Assembly: GCA_963693365.1 (NCBI GenBank)
Contig: CAVNZM010000007.1
Coordinates: 2,403,979-2,467,978, forward strand
From: Amoebidium appalachense
Taxonomy: Eukaryota > Protista > Ichthyosporea
DNA length: 64,000 bases
Reading direction: 5' to 3'
Notes under the pieces: generated by a model
Seen by the model: only the letters and a program-made list of their open reading frames with translations
Told to the model about the DNA's origin: nothing
The model's database searches: none
Shown: positions 1 to 12,756 of the stretch, one piece after another
How the letters are laid out: each line of letters opens with the position of its first letter
How positions within the stretch are numbered: the first letter of the stretch is position 1
Translations under genes and position numbers: made by a program

Positions 1-237
1 AAAAATCCCTGTGATATTTCGCTGACGGACTTGCTGGTTGTCGTGGTCAAACCACAGCAGTAGGCTTTATACCGACAACGACAAAAAATAAAACCAGGAA
101 TAATAAGAAAACTTAAGAATTAACAAAACCTACGAATTCACAACCTAAAATAAATAAGACCTAGTCTCCAAGGCTATGCACCTACTGGCTTACATAAGTG
201 GCCGGGCACTACTACGCCGCGGGGCGGCAACATTATA

Positions 238-276
<39 letters not shown>

Positions 277-454
277 CCGTCCGCAGGGAAGACAGCACTC
301 AGAGCGACTAAAATAAACCCAAGGACGTGGGCCTGTTTGCGCCTCGACATGAAACATATTTCCAATTCAAAACCCAAAATGTCTCCAGCTCCCCGACTTT
401 TACCCCATTTGAGCTCTGAGCCTGCCACACACGGCCCTTTACCCTAATCTCACC

Positions 455-608
455 TGCATGACCCCATCCCCACCCCCCCCCCCCCCCCCCCCCCCTCCCC
501 CCTCCCCCTCCATCCACCCTCTCCACCTTCGCCGCCTCCGCGCTCCCTCCCTGGCACTTCCTCCCTCCCTCCGCCTCCCCTCTCCTCTCCCTCACTCCCC
601 CCCCGCCC

Positions 609-639
<31 letters not shown>

Positions 640-841
640 CCCCCTCTTTGCACATCAGTATCTGCATAACAAATACTGTACACTCTAGGCTGGTAACACA
701 AACCACTTCATCTACGTTGTATCCTGAAGCGATTCTAACCCCCTCGCTCCCCTTTACCCCTGCCCTCGGCCCCCTCCCCCCTCCTCCCCCCTCCCCTCCC
801 CCCCCCCCCCCCCTCCCCCCCCCTCTCCCCCCCCCCTCCCC

Positions 842-888
<47 letters not shown>

Positions 889-1215
889 CCGGGGACCTAA
901 CACACACATGTACAAGATGCAAGACGGTAAAGTTCACATATCATTTTGCTCATGCTCGCCTCCAAATTTTCCCTTCCCAAGTACTCCCCCCCCCCCCCCC
1001 CCCCCCCGCCACCCCCCCCCTCCCACCCCCCCCCCCCCCCCCCCACCTCCGCTCCCCTCCCCTTCCTGGCCCCTTCCCCGCCCCCCCCCCCCCCCCCCCC
1101 CCCCCCCCGCCGGCAGCCTCCCTCCCCCTCCTCCCCCCCCCCCCCCCCCCCCGGCCCGCCCCGCCCCCACCCCACCCCTGGCAACCCCGCCCCCTGCCCC
1201 TATCCCCCCCTCTCT
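455..1215. repeat. Poly-C / C-rich low-complexity tract
   Basis: Long C homopolymers (up to about 40 nt) interrupted by single bases. All overlapping Pro/Gly-rich ORFs derive from it. Confidence 0.95.
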
Positions 1216-1618
1216 CTTAACGACATCACTGTGATTCTGACATATTGTACAGTTTGCTCCATGCGTATCAGCACATACTGTGATATGTATAAACACACAA
1301 AAGCACACACATTTCAGTGTACACCCATGAACACATTATTACTGACAGCGAGACACACATAGCAGACTAGGTGCACACATTTACTAACAGCCCATTCATA
1401 GCAGTGCGCACGCATGAGAACCCATGGGTATACGCACGGCCCATTCCAGCACGCATGGACACTGTGGCGGCTATGAGCATCACATACCAACACGATGACA
1501 CGAATACTGTCAAATCATCATGATTTAGACACACGTGCCCCCCCCCCCCCCCCCCCTCCCCCCCACATGCACACACACAAAAAAGACCCTCAGCTCACCC
1601 CCACCCCAGAAGTTAGTT

Positions 1619-1680
1619 ACCAGAGAAACGCGGGGATGGGAGACTCTGAACCAGAGAAACGCGGGGATGGGAGACTCTGA
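1619..1680. repeat. Perfect 31-bp tandem duplication
   Basis: ACCAGAGAAACGCGGGGATGGGAGACTCTGA at 1619-1649 and 1650-1680. Confidence 0.9.
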
Positions 1681-1732
1681 GGGACGGGATAAGTGATGGT
1701 CGCAAACTTGTTCATGTGGGGGATGTCACGGC

Positions 1733-1855
1733 CTGTGTGTGTGTGTGTGTGTGCGTGCGTGTGCGTGCGTGTGTGCGTGCGTGCGTGTGTGCGTGCGTGC
1801 GTTCGTGCATGCGTGTGTGTATGTGTGTGTGTGTGTGTGTGCTTCTGTGTGTGTG

Positions 1856-1927
<72 letters not shown>

Positions 1928-1933
1928 GTGCTT

Positions 1934-1964
<31 letters not shown>

Positions 1965-2100
1965 CTCTTGTGCGTGTGTGTGTGTGTGTGTTCTTGTGCG
2001 TGTGTGTGTGTGTGTGTGTGTCTGTGTGTGTTTGTGTGTCTTTGTTTAAAATGGTGTGTGTCTGTGGTAAGAGCGCTCATGTGTGTGTGTGCGTGTGTGC

Positions 2101-2183
<83 letters not shown>

Positions 2184-2680
2184 CTTCATGTGTGTGTGTG
2201 TGTGTGCGGTGTGTATGTGTGTGTGTGTGTATGTCACGCACGTTGTGTGTGTCTGTGTGTGTGTGTGTATGATCATGAGTTTGAGTGAGAATATGTGTGC
2301 ATGCATGTGTATGGGTGTCCCTGTGTGTATGGGTGCTGGTGTGTGTGTGGGTATCTGGGTGTATGGTGTGTGTGAAGGGGCGTGTGTGTGTGTGTGTGTG
2401 TGCATGTGCGTGTTTGTGTGTGTGTGCGTATGTGTGTGTGTGAGTGTGTGTGTGTGGGTGTGGGTGTGTGTGTGTGTGTGTCACGGTTTGTGCGTGCGTG
2501 TGTATTTGTATAGGTGTGCGTGTGTTTGTGGGTGGGTGGGTGTGTGCATGTGACACTGTGTGTAGGCGTTCTTGTGTGCGTGTGTTTGTTAAGTGTATAT
2601 ACGGGTGTCTGCGTGCGTGTGTGCGTGTGTGTGCACGAGCGCGGGCGCGTGCGCGTCACAGTGACACTGTGCGTGTGTGG
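1733..2680. repeat. (GT)n/(GCGT)n microsatellite block
   Basis: Seen directly in the sequence. Confidence 0.95.
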
Positions 2681-3138
2681 TTTCATTTGATCACCCGGGA
2701 GGTGCAAGTGGGATATTGACTCACGGAGGGTCTATAGCTAAATACACTATGCAAATATTAAATGGCTGGGAAGCTTTTGGGAAGGAAGCCTTGGTATCAT
2801 GTGCGCAGAAGGAACAGCATTCCCTTCAACTTCCCTGTTTGACCATAAGTCGGTTATCTGTTCACCATGACATGTAGCGGTTGTTTTTACTTACTCGGTA
2901 ATGAGGTCTAATCCCATTGGGGTTGCATGCATGACTATGTGGTCGGCTTTTTCAGATGCCGCATATATACGTATGCCAGAATTCTTATAATAGTAGTGAT
3001 ATGACCATGTCTAAAAGGACAAGTACCTACCGGTAGCAAGGCTCACACCCCAACCTCGTATGTATGTAATAGCCACTTGAAGTCTTGTGTGTTATTGTGT
3101 TAAAAAGCATGGGGAGCGGGGCGGGCAGGAGGGTGGGG

Positions 3139-3172
<34 letters not shown>

Positions 3173-3628
3173 ATACGACATGCATGCTTGGATGTGTGTG
3201 GCAATAGCTGTGCAACTACACGACTGCCACATTGTGCATACAGTATGTAGTGAACATTAGACCCATATTTGTTTGTCAGCTGTGGCAGTACAGTTCTTAC
3301 TCGTGCTACTTCAAAGTTTGGCCTCCCTCAATGGACATACATACAAGTTGCCGTTCTGCAAACTCAAAGACTGAATATAGCTCCCCTTGAACACAAAATT
3401 TTTCGCAGATGTCTGGGGAAATCTGGATCGTAGGTATAGTATATTTTTATTTCTGGGCATGTATCTAACCAACCGGTGCCAACACCAAGGCAGTGGTGTC
3501 GTACAAGACGCTGTTGGGACCACGACCCCGGTGACAATGACAACGGGAACGATCGATCGATCGAATGGAACGGCCCGGAGATCTAGCAAAAAATGCATAG
3601 AAGAAGAGGATATGAGATTTAGATCTAG

Positions 3629-3796
3629 CCAATCAAGTATAACGTTTACTGTTAGATTAACCAATCAACTGCGTGATTCGTATTACCCAATCATACTAGC
3701 AGAAGAAAGATCGCCCAATCATAACGCCGATTGGAATCCAGCGGACCTCTCCGCACTTGAGGCCACCCGTGCTCCATTGATGCTCTGAGTATAAAA
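3629..3796 (+). promoter_or_regulatory. Putative promoter of the nuclease gene: CCAAT-box array plus TATA box
   Basis: CCAATCA at 3629, 3661, 3687 and 3715, ATTGG at 3730, and TATAAAA at 3790-3796, about 130 nt before the ATG at 3924. Confidence 0.6.
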
Positions 3797-3923
3797 GCGG
3801 CCAAGGTATCACTTCTTAGGAACATCAGCAATAGTCTGTTGTTTCGGCTTCTAGTTTTCTTTTCACTTGCGCCATAACACATAATCTTAACTTATCAAGT
3901 ATCTCTTCGGCATAAACAACAAG

Positions 3924-5483
3924 ATGAAGGGAATCTCAGCCGTCGTTCTTGCCCTGTGCGCCTCCACCCAGGTGTCTGCCTGGTGGGATGGTGGTCACGA
4001 GTTGGGCGGTCAGATTGCCAACGCTTCCATGACCTCCGCCCAGGCCAAAAAGAACGTTGAGTTTCTTATCACACAGCTCGACCCCGTCCCCACCCTTTAC
4101 AAGGCCACAAGCTGGCCTGACGAAATCAAGAAGAAGAATGTTCGCGCGTTTGACAACTTCCACTTCTACAACATGAAGCAGACCAACTGGGCCGGAAACG
4201 AGTTCGACTGTGTGCTCGAGACACAGGTCAGCACCCTTTCTATGCTCAAGACGATGAGCAGCAGCATCTGCAAGAAGGACACCCCCACGTGGTACCGCAC
4301 CTTCTCCCTGCGCATGATCGCCCATCTGCTCACGGATCTTCACCAGCCGTTCCACGCCGCGTCTCGCTGCCTCAAGGAGAAACCTTTCTCTGACCAGGGC
4401 GGTAACATCGGTAACACCTACCTCGTGAACAACGAGACACGCCCCTACAACCTGCACCTTATTTGGGACGGTGCATGCCACTACAACGGCAAGACCCCTC
4501 TTGATATTGTCGCTGAGGCGTCCGCCCTCATGAAGAAGTACCCCCTGGAGACGACGGATTTCAGCGTGGGTGATGCCAAGGTCCCCGTTGACGTGAAGGG
4601 TTCCATTGCCGAGATCAAGGCCATTAACTTCACCGCTGATTACAAGATCGTCGAAGACGCCATGGAGAGGGTGGTGATGAAGGTTATGAATGAGAGTTAT
4701 TTGCTTGCTAGCGAGATTAACAACTACGCATACAACGCAACAAACGCTTGGCCCACGCCCAATGCCACCCTCCCTGAGGATTACGTGAAGTATGTAACCC
4801 TCAACTCGGAGAAGCGTATCGCTGCTGGTGGTTACCGTCTGTCTGCCCTCCTGGACAACGTGCTTGCTGGTTCCGATTATCGTACGTACCCTATCGTACA
4901 TTTATTTTTTATTCACCTTGCTGAATTTTGGCAAGGGTGTAATTCGACCATAGAATAGTATGTTTCTTACAGACGTGCGCTTGTTCATGCTTGCAGTATC
5001 AACTGTTCAAACTCTGCAAAACAGAGAATATATTAATGCAGTTAATTTGTGCGCCAGCTACACCTGCACATACCAATAGAATCTGCACATCACACACCAC
5101 CAGCTGTGAACATAGAATGCTTGCATGCGCACACACATGCAAAATTTCACACACTCTGTGGTGACTCGCATGCAAGAACGCCGGGAACTCGATTTATGTG
5201 CACCACCAGTTCTCATCACACTAGTACTCAAAAAAAAAATCATTCAGTAAAAAATTCACACATTCATCAATCAACCACATATTAACACACGTGTATACGC
5301 ATCCTACTACATACTTAATCGAACACTCACACATTACACTCACCCAACACAGAAACCTTTGCAGCATCGGATGTCACCGCCAACATCAAGAAGGAGAAGG
5401 ACTCTGCTGCCTCGGCCATGGCCCCCTTCCAGGCCCTCACCGCAGTAGCCATCGCACTGGTGGCCGGCAAGACCATTGCTTAA
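3924..5483 (+). CDS. S1/P1-family (class I) nuclease with signal peptide and probable C-terminal GPI signal; join(3924..4881,5353..5483)
   Basis: Signal peptide followed by W-W-D-G-G-H, WPDEIK, FHFYN, HLLTDLHQPFH, DQGGN, NLHLIWD and AGGYRLS, the typical S1/P1 zinc-ligand pattern. A GT-AG phase-1 intron (4882-5352) joins a final exon ending DSAASAMAPFQALTAVAIALVAGKTIA*. Confidence 0.92.
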
Positions 5484-5808
5484 TTGAATTTTACCATTAA
5501 ATTTTGATTCTTTTAATGCTTTTAAAATCTGCCCTCCAATTGTAAAAGGTGTTAACTTCATAAAACACTTTTGCAACTGAGCAGCAACGTTCTTTGGGAT
5601 TGGCACTGTTTTTTTTTTTTTTTTAAACGTCATCATAATCATCGTGGGCACGTTTTCTTCGTTGGCCACAAGTACGTCAGCATGCACTGGATGCATGAAT
5701 AAACTCTGTACCAAGTACAGGGCAGGTCACTCACTTTTTAAGATAACAGGTAAACACGGTTTAGGGTCTAAATGTTAAGGTTTCTCAGCCGTAGGGTTCA
5801 TTATCACA

Positions 5809-5852
<44 letters not shown>

Positions 5853-5930
5853 ACCCAGCCCGCCCGCCCGCCCGCTTGCCCCGATCCTGTAGGTCCTTCG
5901 TCTGGGCTGCGGGAGCTTTTTTTTTTTTTT

Positions 5931-5961
<31 letters not shown>

Positions 5962-5974
5962 GGGGGCGGGGGGA

Positions 5975-6549
5975 CACACACACAGCATTCACCGTGACAT
6001 GGAGACACGGAGACACACACACATACACATTGTGATACATACGTGCACACACACACACGCACACCACACACACAAACACACCCAGTGGCAAACGAGCACA
6101 AAATCCAAATGAACAGAGAGACATATGCACACATTTTCGCACAGCCCCCCCTCCTCCCACCCCCCCCCCCCCGGCCCCCCCACACACACAAAAAAAAACC
6201 TCCTTGCCCATAAAATGGACCCACGGGACAGGGGGGGGGTGGGGGGGGAGGGGGGAGATCTAATTAGACGCGCACACACACCGTGCATCGTCACACGGGC
6301 ACACACAAACACCCACACCCACACCCACACCCACACCCACACACACACACACACACACATCACACACACACACAAAAACACAGAGTGACAAGGGAGCACA
6401 TAATCCAAATTTGTACACACAGACACATATGTGCACACATTTTCATACAGCCCCCCCCCCCCCCCCTTCCCCCCCCAGTAAAAAAAAAAAACCTCCCCGG
6501 CCATAAAGAGGACCCACAGGACGGGGGGAGGGGGGAACGGGAAGGGGGG

Positions 6550-6582
<33 letters not shown>

Positions 6583-7022
6583 GGGGGGGGGGACCCACAT
6601 GTGCACACACACACCATGCACCGTCACACGGACACATACACACAAACACACCGTGACACACACATTGTGATATACACACGTGCACACATACACACACACA
6701 CACAGCGTCGCACCCAGTGACAAACGAACACAAAATCCAAATGTACACACAGACATATGCACACATGTTTGCACAGCCTCTCCCCTCCTCCCCTTCCCCC
6801 CCCCAAAAACCCGCGGTTCAAAATAAGGACCCACACGCCAGGGGGAGAAGCGGGGAGGAGGGGCCACACACACACCGTGCACCGTAACCCGGCCGCAGAC
6901 ACACACACACACACACACGCGTTGTGATACACATACGTGCACAGACCCACACACTCATACACAAGCATACACAGTGACAAAAACCAAATGTACACACAGA
7001 TATGCACGCATTTTCGCACAGA
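5975..7022. repeat. Diverged tandem repeat, about 300-bp unit, about 4 copies
   Basis: Recurrent anchors: aaatccaaatg-like at about 6101/6401/6733/6982; gacatatgcacacattttcgcacag-like at about 6120/6422/6752/6998; ggacccac at about 6217/6509/6827. Units contain CA-, C-, A- and G-runs. Confidence 0.8.
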
Positions 7023-7115
7023 AAGGTGCATCCCTTAGTAGAGCCGGAGAGTCAATGTCAGCCCGGGCATCGTGAGCCCATTAATGTAAACCGTTACACT
7101 TTTTCTCTTCACCAG

Positions 7116-7171
<56 letters not shown>

Positions 7172-7287
7172 ACACGCACACACACACAAACACACACACA
7201 CACACTTGAAGGCCAGGACACCCACCCACCCACCCACCCACACACACACCCACCCACCCCATCTCCCCCCCCCCCCCCCCCCCGCCC

Positions 7288-7324
<37 letters not shown>

Positions 7325-7524
7325 CGACTTTTTCGGTCTGCTGATCGGCAACGACGCTAATCAGCAAGAAATATGATCTGCTGCACAGAAGGGCTTTTCT
7401 TGCATGTGCACAGCTTAATAATAATACTAATGATACTAGACTAGACTAATTATCAGTTAAAAAGCCACAGTACCCCCCCCCCCCCCCCCCGAATCCCCCC
7501 TCCCCCCCCCCCTCCCAATCCCCC

Positions 7525-7558
<34 letters not shown>

Positions 7559-8038
7559 TGCCCGGTTATCTTTTTTCCCCCCAGCCTCGGTAGCCCCTAG
7601 AAACTTATCTTAATTTTTTTCAAAAAATCTAGTACCACTCATCTTATAGGTAATCATGAATGACCCTTGTAGTCATAAGAATGGTTTGCCGATGCATGAA
7701 ACCATCTACCCGTCCTTCCCCGCTCCACCCCCCCCCCCCCCCCCCCCCCCCCCACCCCCCCACCGCCCCCACGCCCCCCCCCCCCCCCCCCCCTCCCCCC
7801 CCCCCCCCCCCCCCCCGCCCCTCCCATCCCCCCCACCCACCCACACACACTACCCCATACACACACCTGTACCACCACCACCATCACCACCGAAATCATG
7901 AGTGCCCCTGCAAAAATGTCACATGGCTCGTGTGCTTCCTGCCCTTCTTGCGCCATTCCCTCTCAACCATCGTAGAGGTACCTTGCCCGTTTACAACCAC
8001 ACGGCTTGAATCTATGACAGCCTCCCCCCCCCCCCCCC

Positions 8039-8077
<39 letters not shown>

Positions 8078-8463
8078 AGCCCCCATGTCATAAATAAATA
8101 AGAAATCTTTCGAAAACAAATTACTCCACTCACCCGATTGTCTGATTAGGGGCCGGAAACGCGCCCGCAAAGCCATGTGTAAACCCATGAGCACCAGCTT
8201 ACAAACCAGGAATGGGAGATGTGCTGATGGTGTGCCGGCCAGGTCTTTGCCTTCTTTTGCCAGGTCTTTGCCTTCTTTTTCTGATGCCTAGATGGCTGGG
8301 CAAATCGGTGTGGTGGCCGTGTGCATGGAAGTGTGCGTGTGTAGATGTGTGTACGTGTGTGGGTGTCTGCATGGGTGTGTACATGTATGGGTGTGCAGGG
8401 GCTAATTGGGCGTACATGCATCCTCATCAGGAAGTGTGCCTCGGGGGGGCCCGGGGCAGCCGT

Positions 8464-8500
<37 letters not shown>

Positions 8501-9086
8501 AGGAGGGGGGGGGGGGTGGGAGGGGAGGGGGGAGGCAGGGACAAAATACCCTAAAATTTCATCTACGTGCCAGAAGCCCGTTATACAGGTGAATCAGTTG
8601 GTGCCATAGCATGTCATGTATCTGCCGTACGGTATATGCTCATTGACTACTTCCACAAATTCTTCAAATTCTTGTGCGAGAGAAATTGCTTATACATGTG
8701 TTCAACGTGAAGGACATACGTCTTACGTTGGGGCTATGTATGTGTTCGTATTCACCCAACAAGCACGGTGGTGTTTTGCGTAACGGCTTGCACGGGGGGG
8801 GAGGGGGGGGAGGGGGGGGGGGGGGAGGGGGGAGGGGAGGGGGCATACGTCTACAATATTTGCGCGCATCATGACTTGCCCAGTGTGTGCCGGTGAATGT
8901 AACCTGCTTTATTTAGGTGGATGATTGTGTGTCCCTAACGTTGCGGACATCAGTGTATGCTTGCATGGACAGGTGTGCGTTTCACACGGGGTGTTTAATA
9001 TATTGATTCGGTGCGAATAGATCATCGTGTACGCGTGTGTATGTGTATGTGTGTGTATGCGTGTGTGTGCGCGCGTGTGTGTGAGT

Positions 9087-9119
<33 letters not shown>

Positions 9120-9192
9120 TTGCTAGTTGTGTTGTGAAATGTTGCACAATTAGTGCGCGGCACTATTTCCCTCCTTCTCTCTCTATATCTGT

Positions 9193-10330
<1,138 letters not shown>

Positions 10331-11228
10331 TTTGTGTGCGTGTGTTTTATAAGTGTCCGTGTCACGGTGGCCACACAGTTTTACGGTTCGCAAACATATC
10401 AGCACGTGACACGCTGACAGCCTCCCTATGGTTTTCTGCATTCTGCATTATGAGTAAGTATTAACAGCCACAGAGAACTTGATATGCATATGGAGGAGAA
10501 GGAAACGGGCAGGAAGAAGAAACAACCATTCAAAAGGGAGTATGTTTGGATGGCAAGGTGGGAGGAAACAACAATGGGAGCCCCGTAAGTACTGGTGCAC
10601 AGGCTCAGCAGAGCTCGAGGGGGAACGCCGTTGAACGGCGTTGCGTTTCAGTGTGTCAATTGTGTGTATCTTGTCATCGCACGTGGCAGTTCCGCTGGCA
10701 TTCCTGCCATGTTTTGAGTGCATAATTTTCACGTGATTACCAAATATGGCTGTGGCTCACAATAACGTGGTTAGATTCATTATTCATAGTTTCCCTGGTA
10801 CTAGACGGCAGAATGGGCAACTCCATATCATTTTCATCAATTACTTTTCCGTTGAATCATGTTTTTCAGAGTATTGGTACTGTAGGAAAAAAGTTAGTCT
10901 CCGTTTCTGTGGGTCATCAGCATCACTTGGTCGACTCAGTAGCGAGATGCCTTTGAGAATTTTTGGCCAATCACAGGGCCTGTTTACGCGAAAGAATGCA
11001 ACCACAACCGTTGCCACTCTGCCGCGAGTCAGTTACCAATGCTCGTTACCAACTCACTGTCGTTTTTGTGGCTCTTACAGCAGCATGATATGTAGAATTG
11101 ATTATTTTTCATAGAAACATATGATGGAATTTTTTTCCAATATTCTTTGGAAGCTAACATTTGGGGGTCAACACGTGCACGTACAAGGCTGGCGAAGGCA
11201 AACTGAGCTGCGACCCGCAGGCCGCCGC

Positions 11229-11480
11229 CACAAATTTGGGTGCTACCCTCAATTCCCAAGCTCCTAGGGTGTGACGTAATATTTGGCACGAAATTTATTT
11301 GGCACGAGCCTGCAAAACGGTGAAAATGGGGCAGGATGTCGCCCAGGCACCGACAGGAGCTTGGGGATACCCCTGGATGTGCTCCGCTAGCGGGCTGGTG
11401 CCAAATAAATTCGTGCCACATTTTACGTCACCAGGTTCGTGCCAAATTATTTGGTGCCAAATTTATTTGGGGCATAAATG
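11229..11480. repeat. Inverted and direct repeat cluster (MITE-like or DNA-transposon subterminal region)
   Basis: About 39-bp inverted repeat 11271-11309 / 11394-11431 (GTGACGTAA..TGGCACGAA(A)TTTATTTGGCAC.AGC). A second IR CCCAAGCTCCT / AGGAGCTTGGG lies at 11255-11265 / 11356-11366. Further GTGCCAAAT copies run to about 11475. Confidence 0.6.
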
Positions 11481-11900
11481 GGTCGGTTCGAACTATTATG
11501 GGTCGAATCAGCTCGAATCGTTCCTGACCCGTTTTCTGACCCGTTTTTGTGGCTCATCGTTGGTGGCGTCTGATTCGAGGAATAAACTCGAAAGGCGGGC
11601 TAAGCAAGACCACGTCAACCACGTGCAGGTGGTGGCGTACTTGAACGGGCAGTCACAGCCTGGACTGGCAGTTGACAGGTGTGACACAGCGCTAGCATCC
11701 TTATCATATTGCAGTAGGCTCATATAAAAATAATAAAAACAGACAACACCCTTTAATGCTCGATCATAACTGACAGTACATATTTTGTGTGAGCATGGGT
11801 TACAAACATGCTCGCGTCCGCATTGGACGTGGGCAAGGCCATTGGGCTTTGCTGAGGATTCTCGTTCATGTTATCCTCGCCTTTTGTCTTTTGGCTGCAG

Positions 11901-12709
11901 CGGGTTCAACAAACAACCCAGATGGGGTGAACAAAAAAGTCATTAAGGAAAACAAATCTTGGTCTAAAGATCATGCTAAGCTGGAACAGCCATTCGTTGC
12001 ACGGTACATTGATTATTGCATAGCGGATCATGAGGACTCTGTCGAAGCTGGCACGTGCCCTCCCCAGCCCTTCCTCAGGGATTGGGTGTGGCATCAAACC
12101 CGTCATGGCGGCCGGATAGATGCATCTACAGCGGAGGGAGTCCATCAGGTGATTCCCCCCCTTCCCCCCCCCCCCCCCTCCCCCCCCCTCTCTCCCCACC
12201 ACCCCCTGCCTCTTTTCCACTTTTTCTCTCCCCTCCCCTGTCTCTCTGTTCTGGGCCTTACAGGTGGTTCCTCCGTTTTAGAAGTTGTTTTTTATGTAAT
12301 ACGTTAGGTGTGTCCTTTTGCATCTTGTGGATACCAATGCCTTCACCGCTCAGGCCTTCCCTTGCACTTAATCTTATGGACCTTTGTGCCTCTCCCATGA
12401 TCTGTTTGGCATGGCATGCTGCCTTTTCTGCTTTGGCTTGCCTCTTATATGTTGCTATCACCCGATAGGGTATGTGTGGCAACGTGTTCCATATGTTTTG
12501 TGTGACCATTCTGTGCAGTGTACCCACTTAAAGCCCACTCCTCCGCTTTTCCCCCTTCCCTCCCTTCCCCTTTAAGCATACAATTAGTCAAGAGGCAGTA
12601 CAGGATAGTGGGTAGAGAGTTTCTGTGTGTCACGGTGTATGCCTGTGGGTGTGTGCTTGTCTGTGTGTGTATGTGCCTGTGTGTGTGTAGTGAGTGTGTG
12701 TGTGTGTTG

Positions 12710-12756
<47 letters not shown>

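Noticed and set aside
1619-1680. CRISPR-like repeat
   Set aside because: Two directly adjacent copies with no spacer, in a eukaryotic context; simple duplication, like 8238-8279.
3936-4901. 321-aa antisense ORF over the nuclease
   Set aside because: Shadow of the strong codon bias of the sense gene; no motifs.
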